Both the position numbers and the translations under genes were made by a program. Of a DNA stretch of 64,000 nt, positions 55,429 to 64,000 are shown piece after piece (within the stretch, counting starts at the first letter, position 1; the number at the start of each line of letters is the position of its first letter). The notes beneath the pieces are model-generated. The model was not told where the DNA came from, made no database searches, and was given only the letters and a program-made list of their open reading frames with translations. The DNA comes from a virus (lineage: Duplodnaviria; Caudoviricetes): IMG/VR virus record IMGVR_UViG_3300032030_000028, positions 1-64,000 of that record. One strand, given 5' to 3'.

Positions 55429-57570
55429 TTACATTATTTCTAAATTCGGAACTAAGCTCGGATATATAAATTGCCAAGCTGTATACATGTTTTTCTTATC
55501 ATCCACCGATTTAAGAATATCCCGGTTATAAGAATATCCGTATTTCGCAACAAACTTAAACCATACCTCTCTTATATTCTCATATAAATCTATTGAAGTT
55601 ATATACGTATTGTTTTTTATTCGCAACCTACAGTTTTCACATCCCATCTCGCCCAAAAATTCATTGACTAATTGTTCATACCCCCCACATTCATTATCGT
55701 ACTCTACAGCTCCAGCCACCGTAATTAATTTATCAGGAGTTTCAATAATTTTTTCATATAATCCCCGATGGAATCCGTGGTCTATAAAAAATGCATTGAG
55801 TGTGCCGTTGAGAATATCTAATCTTTCATAATCATTATAATCTTTATCATGCTGAGATATATCATATCCAAGATTGAATACTATCTGGGGTTGCCCATAT
55901 GTTTCGCATTTATGAACTTGAGGCATCCAGGCGGACCCATATGTAGAACAATAAATAGGAATACATAAGAAATTCAGCTCTCCATATCTATGCTCGCATA
56001 TGTTGAATTCCGGGTCTCCGCAAATGGTCACATCCGCATCCGATAAAGGAAGGACATAGGATGTAATCAAATCTTTCTTGCGCTCCGCATACCAGAAAAT
56101 ATCAAATGGTTCCCAATGGCATATCAGATTAATTTTCGGCCGGAAAGTCCAGTTAGGTTTCATTCCTTTGCTTAATAAGAATTCTTGTTCTCCTCTAGAT
56201 AACGGCCCTTGTATATCGGTAAAATAATTTATATTCTGATTCCAATTCCACCAAGTATATCCATCCACACTTTTCATATCCAAACCGGCATGACCACGTT
56301 TGTACTTATTGTACCAATAATCCTTGATGTTTTTGATGATATAGTGATTCACCCATACTGTATCGAGACTTCCGTCTCTCCATTTAAACATATTGTAATT
56401 CACAAGATTGCCTAAACAGTCTCGAGCGGATACACCTGACGCGGACCACACCGTATGTTCATTCATATCCAAAGCCAATCCGGATCTAGATATAGTTTTA
56501 TACCAGCCGTTCATATTCTCGGGTCGGCAATCTTTCCGGACATTATCCGCAATCGGCTCTGTACAATATTGATATATTGGTTTATCTATATCAAACGATT
56601 CGGGATTTGCATGAAAACAACGCCATTGTAAGATATAAGCATCTGTATCTGGGAAAGTGTTCAAAAAGTTTTTAATGCTCGTATAAATATCTTTATTGAT
56701 ATTAATATATTCATCAATGTCAATAAAGGCTACCCATCTATAAATATTATCGTCGCAAAATGTTTTATATTGTGTTATTTGCTGAGCCTTGGCTCCGCGA
56801 ATTTGGCGTATTTCGACTTGATTGAACTTTTTTTCCAGCCACTGATATGATTCTGGAGAATCGATATCGTTGTTGTCATAGACATATATTCTGTCAAATC
56901 CTAGTTCTAAATGCCATTTGCACCAATCTTCTAGATAATTGTTTTCTTGCTTGGCAATAGCACATATTACCGTTTCGCGAGATCGGTTCTCATATGTTTC
57001 TATAGACATAGTCAAACCAAGGTCTCCAGCGGCCTTATGCCAGGTTTCGACATCTATATCCCATTCGGGAATATTTCTTTCTAAAATTTTATTATGCACA
57101 GTTTTTCGGATAATCGTAGTACCCTGATCAAAATCATTGAAAACATGTATAAGCAGATCATCGTGCTCTCCGGCGATTTTCAGCAGCGCTTTATAACAAT
57201 CTCCATTCCACGGCCCACCAAACACCGGATCATGAGAAGCCGCACATTCAGAAATTGGCCACATATCATGACACACAATAGTCCCCCCAGTATTCAAAAA
57301 TTTAAGAGAGTTTGTAATATCTCTATATACTTGCTCATGCTGATGCAATCCATCAATGAATATTAAATCAAACATTTGCCGGTTTATAGAGAAAAAGTCA
57401 TCCGAAGCAATTATCATATTAGCGGCGGTATCCGGGTTAGGGTCCACCCCTGTTTTGAATTCGGCATTGATTTGATTAAAAACATAACCTTCCGATACGC
57501 CGATTTCTAAATATGTTTTATATTTATATTTTTCTATTAAAAAATTTAAAAGATCTAATCTATCTTTCAT
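55429..57570 (-). CDS. Class I SAM methyltransferase fused to GT-A glycosyltransferase (GT2/GT92-like)
   Basis: YLEIGV, FDLIFIDGLH, GGTIVCHD; ICAIAK.EN.YL.DW..WH..LGFD.IYVYDNN, FIDIDEY. Confidence 0.85.
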   Translation of the reverse strand: MKDRLDLLNFLIEKYKYKTYLEIGVSEGYVFNQINAEFKTGVDPNPDTAANMIIASDDFFSINRQMFDLIFIDGLHQHEQVYRDITNSLKFLNTGGTIVCHDMWPISECAASHDPVFGGPWNGDCYKALLKIAGEHDDLLIHVFNDFDQGTTIIRKTVHNKILERNIPEWDIDVETWHKAAGDLGLTMSIETYENRSRETVICAIAKQENNYLEDWCKWHLELGFDRIYVYDNNDIDSPESYQWLEKKFNQVEIRQIRGAKAQQITQYKTFCDDNIYRWVAFIDIDEYININKDIYTSIKNFLNTFPDTDAYILQWRCFHANPESFDIDKPIYQYCTEPIADNVRKDCRPENMNGWYKTISRSGLALDMNEHTVWSASGVSARDCLGNLVNYNMFKWRDGSLDTVWVNHYIIKNIKDYWYNKYKRGHAGLDMKSVDGYTWWNWNQNINYFTDIQGPLSRGEQEFLLSKGMKPNWTFRPKINLICHWEPFDIFWYAERKKDLITSYVLPLSDADVTICGDPEFNICEHRYGELNFLCIPIYCSTYGSAWMPQVHKCETYGQPQIVFNLGYDISQHDKDYNDYERLDILNGTLNAFFIDHGFHRGLYEKIIETPDKLITVAGAVEYDNECGGYEQLVNEFLGEMGCENCRLRIKNNTYITSIDLYENIREVWFKFVAKYGYSYNRDILKSVDDKKNMYTAWQFIYPSLVPNLEIM

Positions 57571-57583
57571 ATATTAATTTTAA

Positions 57584-58390
57584 TTAAAGTTCCGGAATCC
57601 AAGCATATGTCCATTTATCTTGGAAGAAATACATCCAATTGTCAATTTCATCCCGGTTGTCCGTCATATTTATGAACGGACGAAATCCTTCTTTTTGTGA
57701 GATTTCGGAATTATGATAATAATATTCAAACCATTTGCAGAACAAAAACCGGTTATGCATTAGGATGAACCTAGGATCCTGATACGCCATTTTATATACT
57801 GCATAGGTAAGTGCGGTTTGATTGATGCGATCTACTTGCCGGTTACTACCCCACAAGAACATGACCGTCCAGGTATGAGAATTTATAGCCTGGGTGAATT
57901 TAGTGTTTTTATATATAATCATGGTGCTCTGGAGAAGTCCTTCAGAGTGATAATTTGCGTCGTCTAAATATCGTACTACTCTTTCCGCATCTTCTTTTGA
58001 AAAACCATAATATCCATAATAAGCCCATCTATTCACTTCCGTCCGAATATCATTGACTATGGTATTCTGCAATGTACCATATTCCCAATTTTCATTTTCA
58101 AACTTTTTCAATACATCAATAGGATCTTTTTTTATTTGAATAGATCCATCTATATATAAGCAAATATCGGTGTTGACAAATTCAAATGGGTGATATCGGA
58201 CATATGCCCACCGATCCTGCCCTTCGGGGTAATCTAAAAGCTGAGGATAATATAATATCTTCCAAGTTTCGGACCGGAGGTCTGGATTATCGGTTACCAT
58301 TATATATTCTATATCGGGGTTTGGATCAAGGACTTCCCGGACCATTTCGTATCCGGAAAATATACAAGACAATATACTATATTTAGGCAT
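57584..58390 (-). CDS. Putative glycosyltransferase (DUF616-like)
   Basis: CIFSGYE, VTDN, LYIDGSIQI pattern. Confidence 0.65.
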   Translation of the reverse strand: MPKYSILSCIFSGYEMVREVLDPNPDIEYIMVTDNPDLRSETWKILYYPQLLDYPEGQDRWAYVRYHPFEFVNTDICLYIDGSIQIKKDPIDVLKKFENENWEYGTLQNTIVNDIRTEVNRWAYYGYYGFSKEDAERVVRYLDDANYHSEGLLQSTMIIYKNTKFTQAINSHTWTVMFLWGSNRQVDRINQTALTYAVYKMAYQDPRFILMHNRFLFCKWFEYYYHNSEISQKEGFRPFINMTDNRDEIDNWMYFFQDKWTYAWIPEL

Positions 58391-58489
58391 ATCGATTTAA
58401 TGATTTATAATATAATATTATATTTCTTTTCGAAATTTCCAAATCCACACGTATAATATATTTATTTTTTTATCAAGGAATTTGTTAAT

Positions 58490-60535
58490 ATGTGGAGTAA
58501 TAAAATATACGATCATGGCATAGACACCCAGCCATTTAAAAGCATCTTGCCGTACGATCGGGTAGATATAGATAATGATGTAGTAAATGACATGAACTAT
58601 TATCGTCATTGGGGAATATTCGGTCTTAAAGACGAACCTTCCTTGATGGTGTGGACTCGTATGACGAATGGAAAATTAGAATATTATATTCCGGCGCATA
58701 AAGATATCAATGATCAGATGATTCCGGAAGTAAAAAATATTCCGGAAGATCAGGTATATTACACGGATAAAAGAAACCCGCGCATAGGCACCAAATCATT
58801 ATTTAATAATGTTAATGCAGTAGCATTTCAACCCGAATATGCTGTGCATGCCAATGCTCCCTTGATTGATTCTAGAGAAGTCCGTAAAAGAATGCGAGAT
58901 TTAGGAGATTGCTCTATTAAAGCTCTTGTCAATGCTTCCCAGGAGGGACGCATGGGGCGGGCGGTATATGATTATAACGACTTTATGTTCTGCAAATATC
59001 TGGGGCAAGTTTCTAATAACTATCTAATAACATTAAGAAGATTTCCATTTCCTGCGGGTGATAATATCAATCTAGTTTTACATGGGGAAGATGCGAATGA
59101 GATCACTACTCAAAAACATATGCCGGACGTCGGTCGATTGGTGACATGGATGGGAACTCCAGGTAATGATCTGGAAAATATATTAAAATATAAGGTTTTG
59201 ATGCCGTATAAGGAACTCACCTCTACTATAGAGCAAACCAGTGGTGGGGGTGAAGGCGGTGGAATTATGGGTACTATTACAAACTTGACTAGCCCAGCAT
59301 ACGCTCATAATGTTTATCTAGGACGTGCCGGATCGGGGTCTATAGCTCATTTACAAGCATTGACCCAAACTCGTCTCGGTGGCATGATGGGAATGGGAAG
59401 AATTGGTAATTTATTGCAAGGACCTCGAGATGAAGGAGCTTCCGGGCATATGGATCGAACTAAAAACTATGGACCCGTAGATGTTATTGCTAAAACTCAT
59501 ATTCGCGAAGGTGGAGAAGATGGAGGATTGCGTTTCGAACAAGATATTAATTTAACGTTTGATTATGAGTTGAGATCGTATGATAATATCAACACAAGGG
59601 CGGCTTTTTTGGATTTACTAGCTAATATATTAGCCGTGACCTATGTAGACGGCCGGTTCTGGGGAGGTGCTTACATGGGGACTGGTGTATCTCAGAATAA
59701 ATTGTTTTCAAACCTCCCTATATATAATCTAAAACAACCCTTTAATTTTGGAGACATATATAATGCCGGAGTAGCTTCATTAAAAATGATTGCGACGGAA
59801 TTAAATGGCGGCAAGCCTATAACAGGTACTAAAGATATCGTGAATGCGGTAGTTCAATTAGGTAAAAATATGCTCACGGTAGTTGCTGGTGGCTTGCTGA
59901 ACGGACTAGGTCGTCCGCAAAGACAGGCAGTTAATTCGTTGTTGACTAACGCCCCGGTAGGTCTTTGGCATCTTACCATAGGCAATCCAAAACATCCTAT
60001 CATGTCTATGGGAAATATGATTCTTGATGATGTTAATATTCAACATTACGGGAGGCTAGGTTTAGATGATTTCCCGGTCGGGTTGAGAGTCAGCATTACC
60101 TTAAAACATGGCATGCCCCGGGATGCTAAAGGCATTGAGCATATGTATATGATGGGAGATTCTCGAATATATCAGCATATGGATGAAGATCTGCTTTATA
60201 TGTACGAAGAAGCTCAATCTTTAGATACTAAACCTAAAAATAAAAAAGGCGGCGGTAATTCCGGCAAAGTGAAAAATTCAATGAAAAGCCTGAAAGAAGT
60301 AAACGATACTATAGGGACGTATGCCGGAAGAATTGCTAGAATGGTTACCGATATCCTACACGGCAACCCTAATGCCGACGTTGATACGATTGAAAAATCT
60401 ATAATGAATAGGTTAGGTCAAGTTCAGGGATTTGCTCGAATAGTCAAGCAGTTTGGCACCAATTCACTCCGGCAGATCATTATAGCTGCTAAAGAAAGCT
60501 ATAAGGGTAACGATAAAATATCTAAAAATTCGTAG
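58490..60535 (+). CDS. Putative baseplate/tail structural protein
   Basis: YLITLRRF, L.FDYELRS, GLWHLTIGNP..PIM.MGNMI, LGLDDFP..L.V.ITLKH..PRD; function inferred. Confidence 0.55.
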   Translation: MWSNKIYDHGIDTQPFKSILPYDRVDIDNDVVNDMNYYRHWGIFGLKDEPSLMVWTRMTNGKLEYYIPAHKDINDQMIPEVKNIPEDQVYYTDKRNPRIGTKSLFNNVNAVAFQPEYAVHANAPLIDSREVRKRMRDLGDCSIKALVNASQEGRMGRAVYDYNDFMFCKYLGQVSNNYLITLRRFPFPAGDNINLVLHGEDANEITTQKHMPDVGRLVTWMGTPGNDLENILKYKVLMPYKELTSTIEQTSGGGEGGGIMGTITNLTSPAYAHNVYLGRAGSGSIAHLQALTQTRLGGMMGMGRIGNLLQGPRDEGASGHMDRTKNYGPVDVIAKTHIREGGEDGGLRFEQDINLTFDYELRSYDNINTRAAFLDLLANILAVTYVDGRFWGGAYMGTGVSQNKLFSNLPIYNLKQPFNFGDIYNAGVASLKMIATELNGGKPITGTKDIVNAVVQLGKNMLTVVAGGLLNGLGRPQRQAVNSLLTNAPVGLWHLTIGNPKHPIMSMGNMILDDVNIQHYGRLGLDDFPVGLRVSITLKHGMPRDAKGIEHMYMMGDSRIYQHMDEDLLYMYEEAQSLDTKPKNKKGGGNSGKVKNSMKSLKEVNDTIGTYAGRIARMVTDILHGNPNADVDTIEKSIMNRLGQVQGFARIVKQFGTNSLRQIIIAAKESYKGNDKISKNS

Positions 60536-60578
60536 TAAGAAATACAATATAAATTAGTATAATATATAAAAACAACAT

Positions 60579-63500
60579 ATGAATTCAATTACCGAATGTT
60601 TAAAACAGATAACCTCCCTGACTAAGAAAAATCTTCAATTATTGAAGATGATCAATGATTCCTTTTATACTAGAAAAAATCATCTGGTATCTATAGTCGA
60701 TGGGGAGCAATACGTAGTTCCGTCTTTCTTGTCTTTAGAAAGCAAGATTGATAATCTGGAAGCTAATTTACAAAATATTTTAGATGCTCCAAAAACAGGA
60801 GAGGCTTTTACTTATTTCGATGGCACTACTCAGAGAATAGAGCTATCCGGATATTCTAATACACCACCGAAAACGAATCTCATACCACCGAATTCATTCG
60901 TTTCATCTATCAATCATATTTTTAAAGATTTTATGTCTCCCCAACCTACGGTTCGATTCGATATCGGGGGTATTTCTAATACAATCAAACACGTATTAGT
61001 TAAAAAGGTATCTATTCGCAATCCTATTTTGTTAGGGTTGGTTTTAGATAATGTAGTATCCGGGGAATCGGATATTTCCGAAGATGGAACTAAAAAGCGC
61101 GGGTCTATAGAATATGGTGATCTTGTCAAAACTTTATTTAATTATGAAAATGGAGTAGAATATGAAGATTATGACACAATAAAAAGACTGCCTTTAAGAA
61201 TGGATAATCCTACCGGCGAATACGATATTTTAGAAATTGTAGATACTTGGCAGGATGAGAATTTTGAAGAGCATTATATTCTCCGATTAGATAAAGATTT
61301 GATATATTATGTGCGAAATGGTACTATTCAAAAAAATATCATGATAGGAGACTACTTAGTCAGCTATAATGACAAAGTAGAGATGATCGTGGAAGATACG
61401 AATCCCGTAAATAGAACTATTACGGTTAAGATACTACACGGTGCATATGCTGAACTTTGCGATGTTCTTTCCGGAAATACTGATCTATATAGGCTTAAAT
61501 ATCATAAAGTTAATGATGAAGTATTTTCGGCGACAAAATATGTCGAAGTCCCATTGGAGGAAGATGAACACGTATGTATATTTATCGCGCCGATTAACGA
61601 TACCACTAACACACAAGCCGCTTTCGGCACTGGGGCTTATTTATATACAGATTATCTTGAAGATGAATCGGGAAATGATTTCCGAACATATTATACGGAT
61701 AATGTAAATAATATTGGAGATGCCTTATTCGCTATCACTAATATGATGAACGACGACGATCAAGTGGAAAAACTTACCGGATCAGAATTTCTAGCGCTTT
61801 CTGCCGTTAAGCCGGTATTGGGGACGGAAAGTATTACCGTATATCAGATCAACAAACACCTGAATGATTCGGAGAGCGTCAAAAAAATACGTAATTTATA
61901 CAATCAAAAAGTTCATTATAAAAACGAATTATCCGATATTGAAAAGAAAATTGATGATATTAATAATATTTTAGCGGACTCATCTTTTGATGATACCGAC
62001 GAAACCAGAGAGGCTTACAAATCTCAGCTTCGGGAATTGAATGCTCAAAGAAAGGAGCTTGCCCAAAACGTCACTTCCGTCATCCAAGAGATTTCCGAGA
62101 ACGCCAATTCTTCAGACACTCCTATTGAAAATGCTAAATACCACATCCGCGGGTTTGTGGACACCGGTAATTTTGATAACGCCTCCGTTATAGGTTTGGA
62201 TGTAGAATACAGATATAAAAACAAAAACAAATTTACGGGCAATGCCGAAACAATCGGTGAATCTTATATTTACTCTGATTGGAATAAAATGGATTCGTTT
62301 ATGAATGTAAAAACTCCAGCATATGATCCCATTACCGGTAAATATTCGTATAAATGGGGGGACCACAATGAATCTATGAATGAGCCTTCTTTTAATCAAA
62401 TAGATATCCCCATATCTCAAGGCGAAAATGTAGATATCCGGGTTCGATTCATTTATAATTTGGGCTGGCCATTGATTACTTTCCGTTCGGATTGGTCCGA
62501 AATATTAAATGTAGATTTTCCCGAAGAATTTGTCAAAGATATAGAAATACTGGATATCATAGAAGAGAATAACTCGGATATCAAACAACAACAATTTATT
62601 GGAATTCTAGAAAAAGAAGGAATTTTAGACCATGTATATGATAAAATCAGAGACATGGATCTTACATATTTTCATCAGCCGGAACATATCGCCAGTGGAT
62701 TTTATACGCCCGAACGCCGGATAATTCCGCTTTCAGACCAATTAGCGACTATGGCCCGAGCACTATCCGATTTGCAGACGGAAGTTAATGGAGCTACCGC
62801 ACAATTAGTGTTAACCTTATCGGATGGGATCCAAGAATCAACACTGTTGCCCGGAATAATGAATAACTTTAGAGTCCGGTCTTATGTCGATGCTGTCAAC
62901 GAGGGCGATTATCAAACTATGAAATTTGTTCGTGATCCTTTACATCCCGACGAAACATTAGACGCACCCCTGGCCGTATCTAATTTGGTTATTAATATCT
63001 ATAATCCATCTGAATACGTTATTAAACTACATTCTTTATTCCCGGGAGACAATTCCACAATATTGGATGATTCTCTCTCTTCTAATAGGTTCGGATATTT
63101 GAATTATGTCGGTGGCGGATATTGTACAACCGAAAACACCGATCCAAAATCTTCTAATATCGGAGGATATAATTATGATCCGTCCGCGGGTGTATGGATG
63201 ATGATGTCCGATATCGATAACCCTAACCAACAAAGGATTCTTCAAAGACAAAATCAATTTTTATATTTCAGAACGGTAGTGGATGGTAAATCTTTATATA
63301 CCGTAGGGTTATATGATGGGAACTCGTTTAATAACACTAGACAATCCGTATCGGACGATAACTTCAATGGCAAGTTCCCGGAAAATCTATTGTCCGCCAG
63401 AAACAACAATATACTCGAATTAGAAGATTATTTATATTATATGTACGATAGTTCCGATGTTTTATATAAAGGAATCGCCGGTTTATATCCAAGTATTGGA

Positions 63501-63866
63501 GGCATAGAAGAAATATGTGCCCCCACCGGATCTAGTTTTTATGAATTAAAACCCGGAGAATCCGTACAAATTCCTTTGAATTTCGCTTATTGGATTTCTA
63601 ACAATAAGAGTTCATCTATCCAATCCGCCGGAGATCTTTCTTCTAATGTAGAGGCGAAAATGAAACCCTATATTAACAAAATATCCCGAGCAATTGCATT
63701 TGATATCCGGACATCTTTATTTACGGACCCGGTAACTTATAAAATCACGGTATCCGCACATTACCAAGACCTGCAGACATTCAAATCTACTAGAGTTAAT
63801 AAACAATCCGTAAAAAAACAATATTCCCCCACTACTGTGGTAACCCAACTTAAAATCGGCAAATAG
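60579..63866 (+). CDS. Large putative virion structural protein with coiled coil
   Basis: 1095-aa ORF in late-type operon. Confidence 0.6.
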   Translation: MNSITECLKQITSLTKKNLQLLKMINDSFYTRKNHLVSIVDGEQYVVPSFLSLESKIDNLEANLQNILDAPKTGEAFTYFDGTTQRIELSGYSNTPPKTNLIPPNSFVSSINHIFKDFMSPQPTVRFDIGGISNTIKHVLVKKVSIRNPILLGLVLDNVVSGESDISEDGTKKRGSIEYGDLVKTLFNYENGVEYEDYDTIKRLPLRMDNPTGEYDILEIVDTWQDENFEEHYILRLDKDLIYYVRNGTIQKNIMIGDYLVSYNDKVEMIVEDTNPVNRTITVKILHGAYAELCDVLSGNTDLYRLKYHKVNDEVFSATKYVEVPLEEDEHVCIFIAPINDTTNTQAAFGTGAYLYTDYLEDESGNDFRTYYTDNVNNIGDALFAITNMMNDDDQVEKLTGSEFLALSAVKPVLGTESITVYQINKHLNDSESVKKIRNLYNQKVHYKNELSDIEKKIDDINNILADSSFDDTDETREAYKSQLRELNAQRKELAQNVTSVIQEISENANSSDTPIENAKYHIRGFVDTGNFDNASVIGLDVEYRYKNKNKFTGNAETIGESYIYSDWNKMDSFMNVKTPAYDPITGKYSYKWGDHNESMNEPSFNQIDIPISQGENVDIRVRFIYNLGWPLITFRSDWSEILNVDFPEEFVKDIEILDIIEENNSDIKQQQFIGILEKEGILDHVYDKIRDMDLTYFHQPEHIASGFYTPERRIIPLSDQLATMARALSDLQTEVNGATAQLVLTLSDGIQESTLLPGIMNNFRVRSYVDAVNEGDYQTMKFVRDPLHPDETLDAPLAVSNLVINIYNPSEYVIKLHSLFPGDNSTILDDSLSSNRFGYLNYVGGGYCTTENTDPKSSNIGGYNYDPSAGVWMMMSDIDNPNQQRILQRQNQFLYFRTVVDGKSLYTVGLYDGNSFNNTRQSVSDDNFNGKFPENLLSARNNNILELEDYLYYMYDSSDVLYKGIAGLYPSIGGIEEICAPTGSSFYELKPGESVQIPLNFAYWISNNKSSSIQSAGDLSSNVEAKMKPYINKISRAIAFDIRTSLFTDPVTYKITVSAHYQDLQTFKSTRVNKQSVKKQYSPTTVVTQLKIGK

Positions 63867-63868
63867 AT

Positions 63869-64000
63869 ATGATGACGCAAGAAGAAAAAGATATTATATA
63901 TAAAATTCGCAAAGGAGAGATAGATGTGAATAACCAACAGATATTCCTATCTCTCCTCATAAAGGGTTTGATATGGAATCTTAATCAGCATATTAAAATC
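63869..64000 (+). CDS. Partial ORF running off the window
   Basis: MMTQEEKDIIYKIRKGEIDVNNQQ... open to end. Confidence 0.6.
   Translation, partial: MMTQEEKDIIYKIRKGEIDVNNQQIFLSLLIKGLIWNLNQHIKI

Noticed and set aside
1-64000. Genome-wide TAG (code 15) or TGA recoding
   Set aside because: Long ORFs are intact under code 11 and TAG/TGA end genes at sensible operon junctions

Overview
AT-rich segment of a large (jumbo) T4-like/myovirus-type phage, probably infecting a Bacteroidota host (inferred from the IF-1/NrdG sequence types and an rRNA-type boxA-like motif). Standard genetic code appears to be used. Contents: (i) early accessory genes and an RtcB RNA ligase; (ii) about 16 small, divergent ORFs sharing the N-terminal tag MK(H/T)(I/L)xE-SIIG(R/K)(K/R)G, plus larger paralogous proteins with similar I/L-x-E motifs, resembling capsid-targeted, protease-processed internal proteins; (iii) virion genes (head-completion nuclease, baseplate, tape-measure-like, MBG-repeat protein); (iv) queD, queC, folE2, infA, nrdG; (v) a ~7.8 kb RNA array (28.3-36.0 kb) with 31 near-canonical tRNAs including a CUA amber-type tRNA, several aberrant tRNAs, three circularly permuted tRNA-like RNAs, a two-piece permuted tmRNA and a 416-nt RNA carrying mimics of both the 23S L11-binding region and the sarcin-ricin loop, preceded by a 47-codon leader ORF using all 20 amino acids with attenuator-like hairpins; (vi) glycosyl/methyltransferases; (vii) four dispersed 51-bp inverted-repeat elements of identical spacing. 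All calls are by eye, with no database searches; RNA ends are approximate to a few nt.
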